A program made the position numbers and the translations under genes. A model generated the notes under the pieces. That model searched no databases. It was not told the DNA's origin and was given only the letters and a program-made list of their open reading frames with translations. Source: Azolla caroliniana (taxonomy: Eukaryota > Plantae > Polypodiophyta). Taken from it: a stretch of 64,000 nt of DNA. The DNA lies in assembly GCA_043228905.1 (NCBI GenBank), contig JBHGNT010000012.1, forward strand, positions 18,166,001-18,230,000. The letters are read 5' to 3'. Positions 60,063 through 64,000 of the stretch are shown here, piece after piece (position 1 is the first letter of the stretch; each line of letters starts with the position of its first letter).

Positions 60063-61583
60063 TGTCGTGAAGATTTTCGGCAATAGTGTGAAAATCCCAT
60101 AAAACGTACGAAATCGAGTATGAATCACGTAATACAATAATTGTGAAGATAACATTTTTAATATCTAAGTACAAAATGATGGAGGTTTCGAATGCACTTT
60201 ATTACACGAGAAATGGACAACTAAATGTCAAGATATGAGGGTATAAAGTTTGTAAAAAGAAAAGAGAAAATTGTGAGATATCCCACATAGGCACGACAAA
60301 TACGGCTCTCATCATATATAAGGTGGAGCAAAAGATATTATCTTTGTGTCTATGTGTGGAGCATAGAGAGTTCAAGGTAACTTGAACTAAGAGTGGAGGT
60401 GGCTAGCTACTCGAAAAGGGTTTTGGCCAACCAAAACCGGACCGACGATGGAGTCGGTGATCCAACAGCATCCGACCGCAATCCGGCGGCGGCATGCGGC
60501 ACCGGTATCCGGCGGCGGCATCCGGCGACGGCGTCGGCATCCGGCGAGGCACCGGTATCTGGCGACGGTATCCGGCGAACCGGCGACTAGATAAAATAAA
60601 TATATAAATATATATACATATTTACATATACAAGGAGGGCAAGTATGGATTCGACCCTTGCACCTCCAAGTTAGGAGTCAATTGGCTTACCATTAAGCCA
60701 TGCTATTTAGTTGAAATTATATTTCTATCATTATACTTTTACATGCAAATTCTCATCCATGAGTGCTAAAATGAGTGACATGGTTAGCATGCACCACATG
60801 TAATACTTAAGCGTCAAATGGCAAACATGCAATTTATGCATGTCTTGTACCCTCACATGCATCATATGCATGAGAGCATCTATAAAAGAGGGAAGGGGGA
60901 GGAGAAAAACACGGGGTTTTTTTTATGAAAATTAAGAAGAAGAAATTTGTTATCAAATCAATCGTGTAATCTCATCTTCTCTCTTTCCCAATCTATCTTA
61001 AGTACTTTCTCGCCAAAGCTTGTATCGACTCTAAATCCTTCTGGTCCAGAACCCCGGCGGTTCCGCCTCACGATCTGCGCGTAGTGACGGATCTTCACGA
61101 CATAATTAAGTGGTGAACCTGACGTGAAAGAGGCGGTAGGAAGGATCAAGTCGAGATTAATACTTGGAGATGGCGTCCTCAAGCAACCAAGCAGGAGAGC
61201 TCGAAAGGATGATGCTAATCGTCGAGCAAATGATGAGATCTCGGGACAATGACGCGAGCGTGGAGAAGGCTGTCGATCGTGTCGTACAGCTCGAGGGCCA
61301 ATTCGATGGAAGGAACATTACGAAGTTCCTTGATGCATATAGAAAGGAGATGAATCAGAGGGACGTGTCCGAGGCACGTCAAATCGCAAGCTTCAAGAGA
61401 GTTGTCGCCAACAACATCCAAGGACGCGTCATCGAGCTTCAAGAAGGTAACACAACATGGTCCGAGTTCGAGAAAACGATACTAGCGGAGTTCGTGACTG
61501 AAGACTCAACGAGGATGACTCGACATGCCCTGATGAAGTGGATAGAGAAGAAGAATAAGAAGATGAGCGTCTCGAGGGTGTAC
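60063..61583 (+). mobile_element. Gypsy family F element: 5' LTR 60063-61102, tRNA-Trp PBS 61111-61127, gag start at about 61170
   Basis: TGTCGTGAAG...CTTCACGACA; TGGTGAACCTGACGTGA; gag FDGRNITKFL is homologous to the gag at 41551. Confidence 0.88.
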
Positions 61584-62756
61584 TGTTGGGATTACGGTCC
61601 CTCCGGATGGGATGGTCGGATGTCCGGGAATCGGGAATGAAGACCCGAATGAGGAGTACCCGGTTCCGGATCCGGATGATGAAGACCCGGTTTCGGAGCC
61701 GGATGACGAATGTACCCGGAGAGAGATCCGGATGCGGGGACATATTTGTGAATATGTTTGCCAAAGGCCCCTTGAGGCTATATTTGTAAATAGCCCGAAA
61801 GTCATATGTGTATAAATATGACTTAGGGCAAACAGTGTTGTGGTTGTTGCTCATTTTCTGTTTTTCCACTTAGAGGGAGCGAAGTGAGAGCAGCAGAGAG
61901 TGAGAGTGAGAGAGAGAGAAAGGAAGAGGTCGACGCCTCTGTGTAATACCGCCGCCTGTGGCGAGGACAGCGAGCTCAAGGTCGTCGCCTTGCAGCTCGC
62001 CATTGTACATTCCCTGCATATAGTGATAGTTGGAGTCTTGCACTCCCGTGGTTCTTTTTTGTCTAGGGTTCTCCACGTTAAACCCTGTGCATTCGAGTCT
62101 CTCTTTGTGTTTTTTCGATTTACTGCTGCATTGATTCGTGTTTCCTCGGTTGTGGTCAAGAGGTGAAGGAATTGAAAGCGTCAATTCATAACAATCTGGT
62201 ATCAGAGCAACTGCAGTGCAGAAAATGGAAGGCGGCAGCAGCGGGCAGCCGGTGATGATGGTGCTGAATGCGCAGAACTACGCCGACTGGAAGATAAAGA
62301 TGGAGGATCTGCTCATTGTTCGGGACCTGTATGAACCAATCGACAGGTCGGAAATACCCAAGGGGGTACTTGAGACGGAATGGAGGCTTCTGAACCGGAA
62401 AGCCGTTGCAACCATTCGGCAATACGTCGACGTGAGCGTTCTACAACATGTGGCGAACGACACCAACGCATATGAGATGTGGCAGAAGCTGTCGGGCCTC
62501 TACGAGAGGAAGAATGCGTTGAACCGGACCTCCCTGATGAGGAAGATAGTGAACCTCAAGTACCGGGACGGCGAGAGTATGGTAGAACACGTAAGCACGT
62601 TCATGGGATTCGTGAACCAGCTTGCGGCGATCAAGTTCCCGTTGGAGGATGCAATGCAAGCCATCATCCTGATGTGTACATTGCCGGCAAGCTGGGAGAA
62701 CTTGGTGGTGACTCTCAGCACCTCCTGCACCGAAGATAACTTGTCCCTACAAACGG
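61584..62756 (+). mobile_element. Second Copia B-family element: 5' LTR 61584-62193, PBS-Met 62197-62208, gag interrupted at 62757
   Basis: LTR and gag nearly identical to the reverse complement of Copia B. Confidence 0.93.
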
Positions 62757-64000
62757 TGTCGAGATATTACGCAAGTGCGTGTGGAAACGAGGCGGGACCG
62801 CGGGGGTCTCGAACCAAAGAGCAAGCGAGGGAGGAGAAAGAGAGAGAACCGGCTACGCAGGACCGGGGATACACAGGGACACGGCCCTTCAGCACGGAGA
62901 ACGCGAACAGACACCGACACAGACAGATGCGAATGACTAAATATGTATATTAACAAAAATGGCTAACACGACTACAACCCTCGATGGGGGCACAGGTTGG
63001 TTACAACCGAACAGGCCGGCGAACAAATGCCGATGCTTCTTCGCTTCGACGCACAAAGGGGCAGCAGGTCGGAGGTGCTGCCGGAAGCACTCGGGCGTTC
63101 CTCGAAACAGCGCGAGCCTCCTCGGGACCCTGCACAGAAAGCTATGGAGCTCAAGAAGGAAGGAAACAGAGAGAGAAGCGTCCAGAAACGGTCCGACAGC
63201 ACTTCGTCCTCTCTGCGCGAGATGCCTGCAACCGCTCTTTCCAGCTCCTTATATAGGCCGACGAGCAGGCCGTCATGTCAGCTTTATTCCCTGTCCCTTT
63301 CGAACAGGGATCCGCTCCGTTCTTCACGCATCCGCGTAGTTACGCCGCCGACTCGTACAGTTCCTTAGCTCGCGCGCGCGACCGAAAAGACTGTTCGCGC
63401 GGTCTTTGTCTCCACTTGTGTTAGGGCCCGTTCCTGCCGATTATCCTCCTAATTCGCTTCTATCTACAACTTGGAGCTTGCGCGCGTGAAGAACCGGTTC
63501 CCACGCCTTGGTGCGCCGATTCCGCTTATGGACGGTTTTCTTCACGACATCCGCCCCCACCTAACCGCGCATCCTCCGGTATGCGCCAAGAGAGTTGGGA
63601 CGGAGAAAACCGGCCCGTCTTCATTCCTCGCCCGTCGGTTCTTCCTCGTTTTCGGATCGTTCGTCACTGCTGACTAGGAGAGCCGGGTCTGGCTCGTCGT
63701 CGTGTCGCTTCTTGAACGTTTTGATCCGCTTCCCTGCAACCGGTATCGCCATTCTCGTGCCGTCGAGTTCCGCCAGGTGATATGTCCCGTTGTCATTGGC
63801 GCTCCGTACCACGTAAGGCCCGAACCACCTTCGTGCGAACTTCCGTGTAGCTCGGTGCTGGTTGTCGAGGCTGCTGTCGTAGACGAGCACCCAGTCACCT
63901 TCGTCGATTTTCTTCGGTCGAACCTGGCTTTGTTCTTTGTCCTCGCCACCCGGAGCTTCTCCGCAGCCAGTTCCACGTCCTCCGGTCTCCGCTCGAGCTG
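62757..64000 (-). mobile_element. Gypsy family E element: 3' LTR 62757-63549, PPT, integrase C-terminus (continues beyond the window)
   Basis: The LTR matches 57552-58348; GGTGGGGGCGGA PPT on minus; LVYDSSLDNQ...RWFGPY integrase tail. Confidence 0.9.

Overview
Eukaryotic, plant-type sequence, probably a non-seed land plant (inferred from the mix of Tcn1-like chromoviruses, tRNA-Trp-primed Gypsy elements and a Sola-like transposon). It is almost entirely deeply nested LTR retrotransposons (Copia and Gypsy, up to about five layers), three non-autonomous hAT elements, a LINE remnant and one host gene (an intronless dirigent protein, 17632-18177). The standout is a 9.1-kb cut-and-paste DNA transposon (44622-53728; 36-bp TIRs, 4-bp TTCT TSD) inserted into a Gypsy RT. 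It carries two divergently transcribed, apparently intact genes: a Sola-like DDD transposase and a six-exon, 974-aa ParB-like + beta-class amino (N4-C/N6-A) DNA methyltransferase fusion. Intron 1 of that gene holds eight 33-bp palindromes at 51-bp spacing. Also notable: tRNA-type Pol III A/B-box modules in the LTRs of several unrelated Gypsy families, a CG-centred 4-bp target site for all six visible insertions of one Gypsy group, and self-priming PBSs in the chromoviruses. All calls come from reading motifs by eye; no database search was run.
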